64,000 bases of DNA from a virus. This document shows, in pieces, positions 55,251 through 64,000 of the stretch (the stretch's first letter is position 1; each line of letters begins with the position of its first letter). The stretch is from IMG/VR virus record IMGVR_UViG_3300035034_002581; one strand, written 5' to 3'. Made by a program: the position numbers and the translations under genes. Under the pieces are notes generated by a model that did not search any database, was not told where the DNA came from, and saw nothing but the letters and a program-made list of their open reading frames with translations.

Positions 55251-56034
55251 CGCATGCTGGGCACTCCGTCCATCCCTTCATGTCAATTCCAGGCTCGTTT
55301 TCTTCCATGAACTTTCTCAAAGCACGACTGTCACTAGCAGGCATGTTTCGAATGAATATGTTGATCTTGTTAGGATCTGAAATACCACCAACAGAGATTA
55401 TTGCTCTTCTAAGTCGCCCTGTTACTAATGTGTCTTTTGCAAAGCGCATCGTTTTTCTTCTACGATCTGCCTCTTGTAGAAGATCGTTTTCATCAGCACC
55501 TGTCAAGAACTTAAATAGGACGTTGTGTCCTGAACGTGGTAGCTTGAACTCAAATTCATTCTTGCCTTCTTCTGTAGGGTCAATTTTGAGTTTCTTAATA
55601 GGAAGCGCTGACAAATCGAACTCTGCTTCTACACCTTCACCACAACTACCACATGTAATTGATGCTTCGTATTCGCTCCCGTACCCTGTGATTCTATGTG
55701 CAACCATTATTGCGTTTCGATCTCCAGACAAGAGCGCGTCTGGAGAGACACCTGGCGATAAAATGCAAGATCTAAGAAGTTCTGTAATAACAGTGCCCTT
55801 CTTGATTAGCGCTCTTGATGTCAGGATGTCTTCTTGAACAGCAGTCATTGCAGATATTTCTACAGAATGCTTACCATAAAGTGGGCTATCTACTCCGTAA
55901 ACCCTTCCTTCTGATGGTAGTGGTGCTAGATCAACTGGAACGTCAATTCCGAAGTCGTCTTTCATTACATCACGCCTTGTAATACCATCGGATCGATCTC
56001 TACCGAAAACTTCGTTCTTTCTATCTTCTGACAA
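55192..56034 (-). CDS. tail assembly chaperone-like protein (zero-frame product)
   Basis: 280 aa with CGSCGEG...CPACGEQ zinc-ribbon-like Cys pairs. It is located between tube and tape measure. Confidence 0.35.
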   Translation of the reverse strand: MSEDRKNEVFGRDRSDGITRRDVMKDDFGIDVPVDLAPLPSEGRVYGVDSPLYGKHSVEISAMTAVQEDILTSRALIKKGTVITELLRSCILSPGVSPDALLSGDRNAIMVAHRITGYGSEYEASITCGSCGEGVEAEFDLSALPIKKLKIDPTEEGKNEFEFKLPRSGHNVLFKFLTGADENDLLQEADRRRKTMRFAKDTLVTGRLRRAIISVGGISDPNKINIFIRNMPASDSRALRKFMEENEPGIDMKGWTECPACGEQQEVNMPLGAKFFWPDS

Positions 56035-56148
56035 TTGTGACCTCTCAATACTTACACAAATTCTATTCTATGTCTACTAGAAGTAAATATCACAAATAGA
56101 AAAAGGCAGACACATTGTGTCTGCCTTTTCACCAAATAAGCTTTTAGT

Positions 56149-56862
56149 TTAGAGTTTAGCTAACATGTCGTCTAATGTCTGGAGTGATAGTGCAAGTCTG
56201 TCACCAGCTTTTCCGAGGCACATAGAGCGTCTAATTCTTGGAGTAAAGCTGTTGTGTAGGTAAAGCCAATCAGAAATAAGCTTCTTAGCTTTTGTCATTA
56301 CAATTGAGTCGTTGCTTTCGTATCCAATCGTGTTTCGTTCTCTTTCTCTTCTGTCACCAAATCCTTTAGGTCCTCTTTGCTTAGGACCTGCAGATGTGAC
56401 ACCACCAAAAGGAGCTTCTGCCAAACCAATCTTCTTCGCTTCTTTCATAATTGTCTCACGAAGTTCATCAGCAGTAAACTTTGTACCTTCGTGAAGCTCT
56501 CCGACAAGAGACTTAAGCGTGCTTTCAAGTTCTATGACAATGTCTGACATTTCTTGTCCTGCTTTACTTCTGCAAATAAAGCTATGCCATTTAGGGTTAA
56601 ACGCAGACAGATCTCTCAATGCTTGCTTAAGAGCATTTGTTGCATCTCTAGATGCTTGTGGTGAAAGCGTAGTAGGTGTAAAGTTTGAAGGCTCTGGAAC
56701 ATCCATAGGATCGTCAAACTGATTGTCAAATCGACGCGCGCCTCTTTGAGAAGGGCCTGCAGATGTGACACTACCAAAAGGAGCTTCACTTAGACTAGAC
56801 TCTTCTAGTTTTTTTATCTCCTCTCTTACGATTTGCTTAAACTCTTTAAGTTTAATTCTCAT
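56149..56862 (-). CDS. shared-leader family member with internal ~135-aa duplication
   Basis: The N-terminus is MRIKLKEFKQIVREEIKKLEES. EAPFGSVTSAGPSQRG and EAPFGGVTSAGPKQRG are repeated, with a ~33-nt near-identical DNA repeat. Confidence 0.4.
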   Translation of the reverse strand: MRIKLKEFKQIVREEIKKLEESSLSEAPFGSVTSAGPSQRGARRFDNQFDDPMDVPEPSNFTPTTLSPQASRDATNALKQALRDLSAFNPKWHSFICRSKAGQEMSDIVIELESTLKSLVGELHEGTKFTADELRETIMKEAKKIGLAEAPFGGVTSAGPKQRGPKGFGDRRERERNTIGYESNDSIVMTKAKKLISDWLYLHNSFTPRIRRSMCLGKAGDRLALSLQTLDDMLAKL

Positions 56863-56880
56863 CTTTTTATCTCCGTTAAT

Positions 56881-57369
56881 TTAGTACTGTAGGACTGCGT
56901 TATCAAATCGAAGTGTCAAAGTTATGTCTGAAATGTCGTTGCTTTCGTAATCTAAATCACCAAAGTTAATTGATGTTGGGAAAGCACCCTTAATGTCCCA
57001 GAGTTCAACAACAGTACCAACGGGATCTAGCATTTTAAGCTGGACATCGCGCTTGTAGAAATCTGCATATCCACCACGTGCGGATACAGATTCATAGATT
57101 AATCTTAGCCATTCCATAACCTGCTGAGCACCTGATGGTGCGATTGGGTCATGAAGTGTAATGTCAATTGTTTCGAACTTCGTTTTGCCTGCAAGGTAAC
57201 GCGTCGCATTAATGTATCCAATCTCAACTTCATCAGTTGAAATCGATGGTCTTGCAGCAATTTTCATCATGTAAGAATCGACTCCTTCAATTTGAAAAAC
57301 CCATCTAAACTTGCGCTTTGCTTCAAACTTGTTGGGTAACATGTCTGTTACGGAAAGTGTCTCTGCCAT
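56881..57369 (-). CDS. tail tube protein (T4 gp19-like)
   Basis: 162 aa. FEAKRKFRWVFQIEG is the typical gp19-family N-terminal motif. It is immediately downstream of the sheath genes. Confidence 0.65.
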   Translation of the reverse strand: MAETLSVTDMLPNKFEAKRKFRWVFQIEGVDSYMMKIAARPSISTDEVEIGYINATRYLAGKTKFETIDITLHDPIAPSGAQQVMEWLRLIYESVSARGGYADFYKRDVQLKMLDPVGTVVELWDIKGAFPTSINFGDLDYESNDISDITLTLRFDNAVLQY

Positions 57370-57417
57370 TTTAGAAAACTCCTATTACATTACTACATAT
57401 CATTAAGAACAAACTTA

Positions 57418-58143
57418 TTACCTCTTTGAGTCGAAAAGTACATTATAAAGAGACACTTTCGACTCCTTGACACCTTTGCGCCTATCAAGTATTTCGCGTG
57501 CGACCGATACTACACTCTTGTATATTTCTTGAGGTTCTTTGTCCGGAAAATCACCTGATTTGTATAGCTTTTGTGTGATTCTTCCTGCGAGCGAACTGTG
57601 ACCTTTAAGACCAGCAATATCACCGAGTTCTGTTGGGTTCATGGGCAGAACCTTTGCAATCTTGCGTCTTAGATCCTGATCATGTTCTCCTGTCCCTGAC
57701 TTTTTGGCAACTTCTACTGCCTTCATCGCATCTTCAATGTTAAGTTGTGGGTATTTTTTAATTATGTTCTGTGCAAGTGTCTTGATCATTCTGCCTGATA
57801 TTTCACTTGCATCGTACTGCCCAAAGACTTTTGACGCGTATCTAATTGCGACACCAATCTGAGCTGATTCAATCAATACTGACTCATTAACTACGCCCTG
57901 AAATACAAGCTCGTCCATGACGTCATCTAGAAGGTCGAAGTCAAAATTGGAAGGATCTGCATAGCCAGAACTTATAAGCTCATCGTGAACGAACGATTCA
58001 AGTTCGGACTCAATGTAATACTCGTCCCTGATCATGTCACCGTACTGTTGAGCAATATCACTGGCAATTTGGCTAGCAGACGGTGCTATAGCATTCATCT
58101 CTGTCAAAATCAAATTGCGCAGTGTAGCTTTGTTCAACCTCAT
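57418..58143 (-). CDS. shared-leader family member located between sheath and tube genes
   Basis: The N-terminus is MRLNKATLRNLILTEMNAIAPS. Confidence 0.4.
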   Translation of the reverse strand: MRLNKATLRNLILTEMNAIAPSASQIASDIAQQYGDMIRDEYYIESELESFVHDELISSGYADPSNFDFDLLDDVMDELVFQGVVNESVLIESAQIGVAIRYASKVFGQYDASEISGRMIKTLAQNIIKKYPQLNIEDAMKAVEVAKKSGTGEHDQDLRRKIAKVLPMNPTELGDIAGLKGHSSLAGRITQKLYKSGDFPDKEPQEIYKSVVSVAREILDRRKGVKESKVSLYNVLFDSKR

Positions 58144-58145
58144 GA

Positions 58146-61136
58146 TTATACCTCAGCACCTGCGTTTGTAACAACGAAGTCGATTCCGACGAACTCTGCT
58201 GTCTTAGTAGGCTGTACAAAGATTTGTCCTCGAATCGTCTTGTTTTCGATGTCTGCAGCCGACGTTGTTGTTGTATCAATTCTAACCCTGAATCTTTCAA
58301 CACCCTGAAGCTCTTGAATTCTTTGCAGTCTTGGACGAACTAGTGTTTCAAACTTAGATAGAGTTGTTGCTCTAGCTGGCTCAAAGATTAGTCGATCTGC
58401 AATCTGCTTGACTTGGCGTCTAACTTCAATTAGCAAGCGTCTTACGTTAACTCTGTCAAGTGAGCTTGCTGTTGAAAGAAGTGTCTTCTGACCCCATACT
58501 ATTGGACCCGATGATCCTGGGAACTTAGTAATTGGGTTAATGTCCACGTCGTAAAGCTCATCAAGGTTTGAGCGGTTAAGGTTGACCGATGATTCTACTG
58601 AAGAGTTTAGTGCACCTCTTGCGAAACCTGCTGGAGCTGTCCATGGGTGACCAAGAGAGTCGTTAAGTGCAAAAGCACCTAGTACTACAACAGAAGGAGG
58701 AACCTTAACATTTGTAAATGTTGTTGGATCTTCCACAATCTGATCAGGGAAGTAAGCTGCAGCGAAAGAAGTATCAAGATTTCTGTTACTAAATGATGCC
58801 ACAGTGTTTGCAACAGAGACTTCTTGTTCTGATCCTGTCACGACAGTATTTAGAGTATCACGTTCTTCGACGTCCATGATGAACATTGCGTCGAATCGGT
58901 CTTCTGTCGTAATAATGGCTTGATCTGTGACGATTGAGTGTCTAATACCAGGAATAGCAAGCAGCTTAATATCAACTTCTGATTTCTCACCAATAACATC
59001 CAGAGCCTTTGTATAAGCGCTAACTGTAGCTGCTTCATCTTGTCCTCTAGAAGCGTCTGACATCTCTTCTACAATGGCGGCATTGGTAAGTTTTGCAGCC
59101 TTCTCATTGAAGATCCTAACTCCGTCGAATCCACCCTGTGTAAAGAAGGTAAACTTAGCATAACGTCTAGCAGTTAGGTCAGCAAGGTCTGTCTCAATAT
59201 TGAAACCACGTGTCTTGTTAGTTTCATTTGCAACAATACCACCAGTCCTTGAGTATGAAGCTGATGCCCATAGCTTAGGATCTGCTAAGCCGTTGGCACC
59301 TGTAACTACCTGAACTCTTTCTAGTGAGAACAAGTTATTGTTAAATCTGTCTGCATCATATACCGTACCGTCAGAATCTGCTGTACCCTCGTTGTCACCA
59401 ACCCAAGACTTCTGCCATACTGTGTGGTAGTGTGGGTAGTACTGTGTGTAACTGTCAAGGCTCTTATCTGAGACGAGTGTCTTGTTAGTTTCTGCAAGGT
59501 CAGTCTTCTTCTCAAACTGAACTCCCCAATGCAAGTTAGCGTTGACTGATTTCTTCGGACCTGTCCCAACAGCGACGTTGTCTCTGAATGGAACTGGAAG
59601 CTCTACGGCTCTTTCAATCGAAGTGCCCTGACCCGTAACGTGTACTCCCACATCTTCAGTGCCTGGGTTTAAAATACTACTACCTGATGTTACAAGGTGC
59701 TTAGGTCCTCTAAATCCTACAGGAAGCGAAACATCAGGGACTTCAGCATTGTTAACTGATGGTGCCATCTCGACCCTAATGTACTTTGATACGTTAGGGA
59801 AACTGCCATCAAGAACCAGCTTTTGTCCGTCTTCGCTCTTGTCGAAGTCAAAGTAGAAGTGCTGATCGCCGATTACCTTTGCAATGTATCTATCGTTAGA
59901 TGGATCCAAGCTAAGTTTAAAGAAGCTTTCAAGGACAAATTGATCTTCATCTGTATCAGACCAACGTCTAACAACTAGATCAAATGTTCCGTACTGATCA
60001 CGTTCTGATGTAGATGGCGCAATGTTTCTGATAGAAATCTTGAACTTGCCGTTTGCATACTCGCCGTCATCTAGTGAGTGAATCTTGAAGAGGTTCTTCG
60101 GAGACCCACCAAAGTTCTGCGAAACAACGAAAGGGGATTCCGGAGTTCTAAAGCGATCTTCGTAACTCTCGAAGTTTGGAACCGCAGATGAACCAGAGTT
60201 TCTTGTAAGTGTTGTCGTTGTCAAGAAACCAACAGGCTCTAGAGACGCGCCGCCGAATGTTGCTGCAGCGTCAATGATACCAGTGCCTGTAACAACTGCG
60301 AATGATGGGTGAATATCATAGTGTGTGTAAAGGTAGTGTCCAGTCTCTTCTATAAGGAGTGGATCTGTGTTTAAGACATTAGGGAAGTAATTGCTAGAGT
60401 CAACATCAAAAGATGCAGTAACAACACCAGGATACTGGCTAGTTGGCTTGTGTCCGTTAAGTATGACAACAAACTCTTGCTTACTACTCGATAGATCAAT
60501 AGTACCAGTGATTGCACCAGCAGGCCCCGCGGACGTCGCAGGTGTAGAACCATCAGGTGCTGTGTTGTTGTCTGTTAGAGAACCCGACATTGTTGGAACG
60601 ACACCAGAAGCTGCGAAGATGACGCCTCGAACAATAGGATGAGCCTTTGAGCTATCTTGAATACCAGCAGCACTGAAGACTGTGCTTCCTGCAGATTCTG
60701 ACATGTAGCAGCCCAAAAAGTGTGCTCGACCCGGAACACCATCAGATACAGCGAATCTGTTCGCGCCTAGCAGACCTGATGGCTGAGGCTGTTCGTCACC
60801 TACGACGAAGCCCGCACGAGTAACCTTACCGGCATTGTCACCAGTAGAAGTTCTCTTTTTACCATCACCGACGCCGAGGACTTTTAGATATGTAGCAGCT
60901 TGAGAGTTCTGAAGCCACTCATTGACAGCGAGCGGTCCGAACTTCTCTCCGTCGGTATCTCCAAAGACAACTTTGAAGTCGCTAAATTTTGCAAAAACAA
61001 TAGGCACGAAAGCAGGACCCTTTACTGATGTCCCGATGACACCTGCAGGAACACCCACAGGCTCAACATTTGAAGGACCGGATAGGCCTATTTCTCTTGC
61101 GCTAACGCCCGCACTTCTATAAGTGAGTTCAGACAT
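58146..61136 (-). CDS. contractile tail sheath protein (paralog 2)
   Basis: 996 aa. The C-terminal region IVWGQKTLLS...RVNVRRLLIEVRRQV...LIFEPA...RVRIDTTTTSAADIENKTIRGQIFVQPTKTAEFVGIDFVVTN matches conserved sheath C-domain features (WG.RT, VNVRR, FEPN-like, PAEFV-like). Confidence 0.75.
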   Translation of the reverse strand: MSELTYRSAGVSAREIGLSGPSNVEPVGVPAGVIGTSVKGPAFVPIVFAKFSDFKVVFGDTDGEKFGPLAVNEWLQNSQAATYLKVLGVGDGKKRTSTGDNAGKVTRAGFVVGDEQPQPSGLLGANRFAVSDGVPGRAHFLGCYMSESAGSTVFSAAGIQDSSKAHPIVRGVIFAASGVVPTMSGSLTDNNTAPDGSTPATSAGPAGAITGTIDLSSSKQEFVVILNGHKPTSQYPGVVTASFDVDSSNYFPNVLNTDPLLIEETGHYLYTHYDIHPSFAVVTGTGIIDAAATFGGASLEPVGFLTTTTLTRNSGSSAVPNFESYEDRFRTPESPFVVSQNFGGSPKNLFKIHSLDDGEYANGKFKISIRNIAPSTSERDQYGTFDLVVRRWSDTDEDQFVLESFFKLSLDPSNDRYIAKVIGDQHFYFDFDKSEDGQKLVLDGSFPNVSKYIRVEMAPSVNNAEVPDVSLPVGFRGPKHLVTSGSSILNPGTEDVGVHVTGQGTSIERAVELPVPFRDNVAVGTGPKKSVNANLHWGVQFEKKTDLAETNKTLVSDKSLDSYTQYYPHYHTVWQKSWVGDNEGTADSDGTVYDADRFNNNLFSLERVQVVTGANGLADPKLWASASYSRTGGIVANETNKTRGFNIETDLADLTARRYAKFTFFTQGGFDGVRIFNEKAAKLTNAAIVEEMSDASRGQDEAATVSAYTKALDVIGEKSEVDIKLLAIPGIRHSIVTDQAIITTEDRFDAMFIMDVEERDTLNTVVTGSEQEVSVANTVASFSNRNLDTSFAAAYFPDQIVEDPTTFTNVKVPPSVVVLGAFALNDSLGHPWTAPAGFARGALNSSVESSVNLNRSNLDELYDVDINPITKFPGSSGPIVWGQKTLLSTASSLDRVNVRRLLIEVRRQVKQIADRLIFEPARATTLSKFETLVRPRLQRIQELQGVERFRVRIDTTTTSAADIENKTIRGQIFVQPTKTAEFVGIDFVVTNAGAEV

Positions 61137-61172
61137 TTAAAAATCTCCCAGTGTACATGTAGTAACTATCTG

Positions 61173-64000
61173 TTAGTTGAACGATACACCCGAATTCGTG
61201 ATAATGAAGTCAACTGCAACAAACTCGAACGTTCTCGTAGGTGTAACTATGATACGACCGTTTAGTCTATTTGACTCAATATCCTCTGATGTATTGTTTG
61301 ATTCATCCATCACAATATCGAATCTTTCGATTCCAGACTGAGTTTGAATGAGTCCTAATGGTGGCTTGACTAGCTTGATAAATCTTTGTCTAGTCGATGC
61401 TGTATTTTGTTCGAAAACAAATCTTTGAGCAATATCAATGACCTGCTTCTTAATCTCAAGCATGAGCCTTCTTACGTTAACTCTGTCAAGAGCAGATTGT
61501 GCCTGCTGCAGAGTTTTCTGTCCCCAAACAACGTATCCCTGTCTTGGGAATGTAGCAATAGGGTTGATTCGTGCATCATGCAGACTATCTCTATCTGCCT
61601 TATTGAGCCTAACTTCAACATTTGTGACAAAGTCAAGTGAAGCTCTGTTAAAACCGGCAGGAGCGTACCAAGGGTAAGATGATTTATCGTTGAAGGCAAG
61701 TGCTCCGAGTGCAGGAATTGAAGACGGAACCTTGACGCGACGCTTATTGACCGGGTCATCAATGAAGACGTCTGGGAAGTATGTTGCTACGTAACTGTTG
61801 TCAATAGCTCTTCCATTAAACTGTTCCTTCGTCTTTCTCACATCAGGTTTAGCCGTCGATGAATCGAACAGTCGAACTCCATCTTCGTCGTAAGAAACTG
61901 GGTCGAGAATGTACATAGCCAATGCGTACTCTCTTACCTTAGTAGATGCGTAGTCCGTTACAAAACTATCTCTCATGCCCGGTATTGTCAATATGTTTGT
62001 ATTGACTGTGAACGGATCAGTCATGATGTCTGTCGCAGCGCGATATGACTTAACAGCGTTGTTGTTTTGACCTACTCCGCCAACGTTAGAGGAAAGACCT
62101 GGTGAAACAAAGCTTGAAGCGGCGCCGCCACCTGTATCACTTGATGCTGCTTGATCATTCATTCTTGATGCATTAGGGTCAAGGACGTTAAATCCATCGA
62201 ATCCGCCGCCGAGAACTGTTGTGTACTTAGTAAACTCTGAGAACCTGTTAAACTCTGCAGAGGAAGTAAGTGCTACAAGTGTCGCAAGAGTAATTCTATC
62301 TAGACTTGAATCTGTAATTCTAAATCCAGTTACGTCAGGTACGCCATTTCTGATGTACGCCATTTCTTTTGCGTGTTCTCTAACAGAAGCTGTCAAATCT
62401 GCAACTGCACCGTTGCTAAATGCAACCTTTGCAAGTGTAAACTTGTTGTTGTTAAATTTGTCTGCGCCCGATCCTGTCACTAGCGCGTCTAGCTTCTTAA
62501 TGCCCAAGAATCTTGTGTATGACTCAATAAGTGGGTTTGCTCTTGATCCAGCATTTGAGTTGTAAATTGCGTTTGATACAGTTCCTGACTTAGGAAGTCT
62601 TTCAAACTTTACACCCCAATGAAGTCTATTGTCGACTAGTTCACCAATTCCTGGCTTGCCTGTGAATCCACCTGATGTAGATACAGCGCCCTTCGTAACC
62701 TTAAATCTAAATGGTAGTGGTGGCACGATTGATCCGGAAAGTACTCCGCCCGCAGCATCTTCTGCCGCAAACGCAAGACGTCGAGACAATACATCGCCTT
62801 CTCCAGGAAGTGCAACTACTGGATTGTCAGTCAGTGTATCAGAAGTTTTTAGTGCTTCAATACCACGGAAGCCGAATGGAAGTGCTCCGTCTGGGACAGA
62901 TCGCTTTTCAACTCCGGGTTCCATGATGACACGAATGTAGTTAGAGCGATTCGGGTACTTGCCACTGATCACAATTCGTCTATCATCAGCGCTATCAGCG
63001 TCGAAGTTATAGAATGCCTTCTTGTCACCAATTGCTCTTGCAATGTAGTTCTGTGATCTTGGGTCTAGAGAAACATTAGGATATCTCTCAAGAACTTGCT
63101 GATCAGTGTCATTATCATCCCACTTACGAACAGATACAGAGAACGTTCCATATGGGTTTGCAGGGTTAGATGACTTCTTAAGATCAGTAATTGCAATCTT
63201 GTACTTGGAGTTTGAGTATGCTCCATCATCTAGCGCTTCGAATCTAAACAGGTCATATTCTGTAGAACCATAAGGCTGTGAAATAAACCTTGTAGTTGTT
63301 GGTGTAGTATATCTGGTATCGAATCTACCGAATAGGTTGCGGAATATAACAGCGGTATCACCAGAAACCTCAGAGGTTAACAGGGAACCCGAAGTGATTG
63401 CAATTGAATCTGATTCTGTTGACACAGTTGCAAGTTCATTCTCAACCGTAAAGTCCGCATACAGCAAGTGCTCTTCTTCCACAAATCTATCAGGATCGGT
63501 GTTGAGAATCTTGCCGATGTAATTAGAGTTGTCAGGGTCGAGTGATGCTGTCAGTATTCTAAGCCCTGACAAACCATCGCCCGTTGAGAAAGCAGGCGTC
63601 GAACTTGAAATAACAAGCTTGAATAGCCCTGCGCTCGTTACAGTTGCTTGGTCATTAGCAGTATGACTAAAAGTTTCACCAGTTCCGTTGAGAACCATCA
63701 TTCTCGTGCCCGATGGCATCAAAACCATTGCTCTAACAAGTGAAGCAAAGTTATCTGTTGACGTTCCAACACTGTCATTCTGTGTTAAAGATGGGTAACC
63801 GACTGCTTCTGATGCTGACACAAAGTGTTTTGCAACCAAGAATTGTACAGCTCCGTTGTGACGGCCCAAGCTATCGTCAACGACTTCTGATGAAGTAAGA
63901 CTAAAGCCTGCATTTTTGACAGTACCTTTTGCCCTTGTTGCTTCAATATCAGATGAAGTATCGTTTGCACCTGCTCCAAGAACTCTAAGATACGTAACCG
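61173..64000 (-). CDS. contractile tail sheath protein (paralog 1; N-terminus beyond window end)
   Basis: It is paralogous to 58146..61136 (NRLHWGVKFE/NLHWGVQFE, PYGTFSVSVRKWDDNDTDQQVLE/QYGTFDLVVRRWSDTDEDQFVLE, and VNVRRLMLEIKKQVIDIAQRFVFEQN...FEFVAVDFIITN). The table start (TTG at 63869) is not the real start, because the frame stays open through 64000. Confidence 0.75.
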   Translation of the reverse strand, partial: VTYLRVLGAGANDTSSDIEATRAKGTVKNAGFSLTSSEVVDDSLGRHNGAVQFLVAKHFVSASEAVGYPSLTQNDSVGTSTDNFASLVRAMVLMPSGTRMMVLNGTGETFSHTANDQATVTSAGLFKLVISSSTPAFSTGDGLSGLRILTASLDPDNSNYIGKILNTDPDRFVEEEHLLYADFTVENELATVSTESDSIAITSGSLLTSEVSGDTAVIFRNLFGRFDTRYTTPTTTRFISQPYGSTEYDLFRFEALDDGAYSNSKYKIAITDLKKSSNPANPYGTFSVSVRKWDDNDTDQQVLERYPNVSLDPRSQNYIARAIGDKKAFYNFDADSADDRRIVISGKYPNRSNYIRVIMEPGVEKRSVPDGALPFGFRGIEALKTSDTLTDNPVVALPGEGDVLSRRLAFAAEDAAGGVLSGSIVPPLPFRFKVTKGAVSTSGGFTGKPGIGELVDNRLHWGVKFERLPKSGTVSNAIYNSNAGSRANPLIESYTRFLGIKKLDALVTGSGADKFNNNKFTLAKVAFSNGAVADLTASVREHAKEMAYIRNGVPDVTGFRITDSSLDRITLATLVALTSSAEFNRFSEFTKYTTVLGGGFDGFNVLDPNASRMNDQAASSDTGGGAASSFVSPGLSSNVGGVGQNNNAVKSYRAATDIMTDPFTVNTNILTIPGMRDSFVTDYASTKVREYALAMYILDPVSYDEDGVRLFDSSTAKPDVRKTKEQFNGRAIDNSYVATYFPDVFIDDPVNKRRVKVPSSIPALGALAFNDKSSYPWYAPAGFNRASLDFVTNVEVRLNKADRDSLHDARINPIATFPRQGYVVWGQKTLQQAQSALDRVNVRRLMLEIKKQVIDIAQRFVFEQNTASTRQRFIKLVKPPLGLIQTQSGIERFDIVMDESNNTSEDIESNRLNGRIIVTPTRTFEFVAVDFIITNSGVSFN

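Noticed and set aside
1-64000. CRISPR arrays, rRNA genes, integrase or transposase genes
   Set aside because: No regularly spaced direct repeats, no rRNA-like conserved stretches, and no recombinase or transposase motifs were seen in any long ORF. tRNAs could not be excluded by eye and need tRNAscan.

Overview
This window is a single-strand-biased segment of a large tailed phage, myovirus-like. Every credible gene is on the minus strand, tightly packed, often with ATGA-type stop/start overlaps, and the sequence looks AT-rich. No rRNA or CRISPR was seen. tRNAs could not be excluded by eye.

Order on the + coordinates:
- 1-3 kb: an RNA-repair-like pair. A Pol-beta nucleotidyltransferase sits next to an HxGH-nucleotidyltransferase/Rnl2-type ligase fusion that runs off the left edge.
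- 3-11 kb: early-region small proteins. These include a family of acidic proteins sharing an N-terminal leader-like motif, holin/spanin-like membrane proteins, an Fe/Mn-SOD-like protein and dCMP deaminase.
- 11-19 kb: an unusually rich nucleotide-metabolism set. It holds a DHH phosphoesterase, thymidine kinase, a Tmk-like kinase, a sugar epimerase, Dam methyltransferase, a GuaC-like GMP reductase and a short PurA-like adenylosuccinate synthetase.
- 19.7-23.3 kb: a DnaE-type Pol III alpha replicase. It is preceded by a 34-bp direct repeat of its own 5' end flanking a GC-richer, structured segment.
- 24-30 kb: a second leader-family cluster, another epimerase, a nucleoside 2-deoxyribosyltransferase-like protein, a divergent ThyX paralog (Ser to Cys in the signature), MazG-like and MazG-HAD pyrophosphatases, and Fpg/Nei.
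- 32-41 kb: canonical ThyX, M15 endolysin, ClpP, thioredoxin and a large RNR. Then a T4-like replication/recombination core: DnaB-like helicase, FEN/RNaseH, RecA/UvsX, and a gp32-like SSB with a strong terminator after it.
- 43-45 kb: an HD hydrolase overlapping an exonuclease-less Pol A polymerase-domain protein.
- 45-64 kb: the tail module. It holds large baseplate proteins, a LysM tail protein X, a tape measure, a chaperone-like overlapping ORF pair with an A/T7 slippage tract, a tail tube, and two tandem paralogous giant sheath genes. The last sheath gene runs off the right edge.

The most interesting candidate systems are the shared-leader protein family, the nucleotide-pool module and the GuaC-PurA pair.
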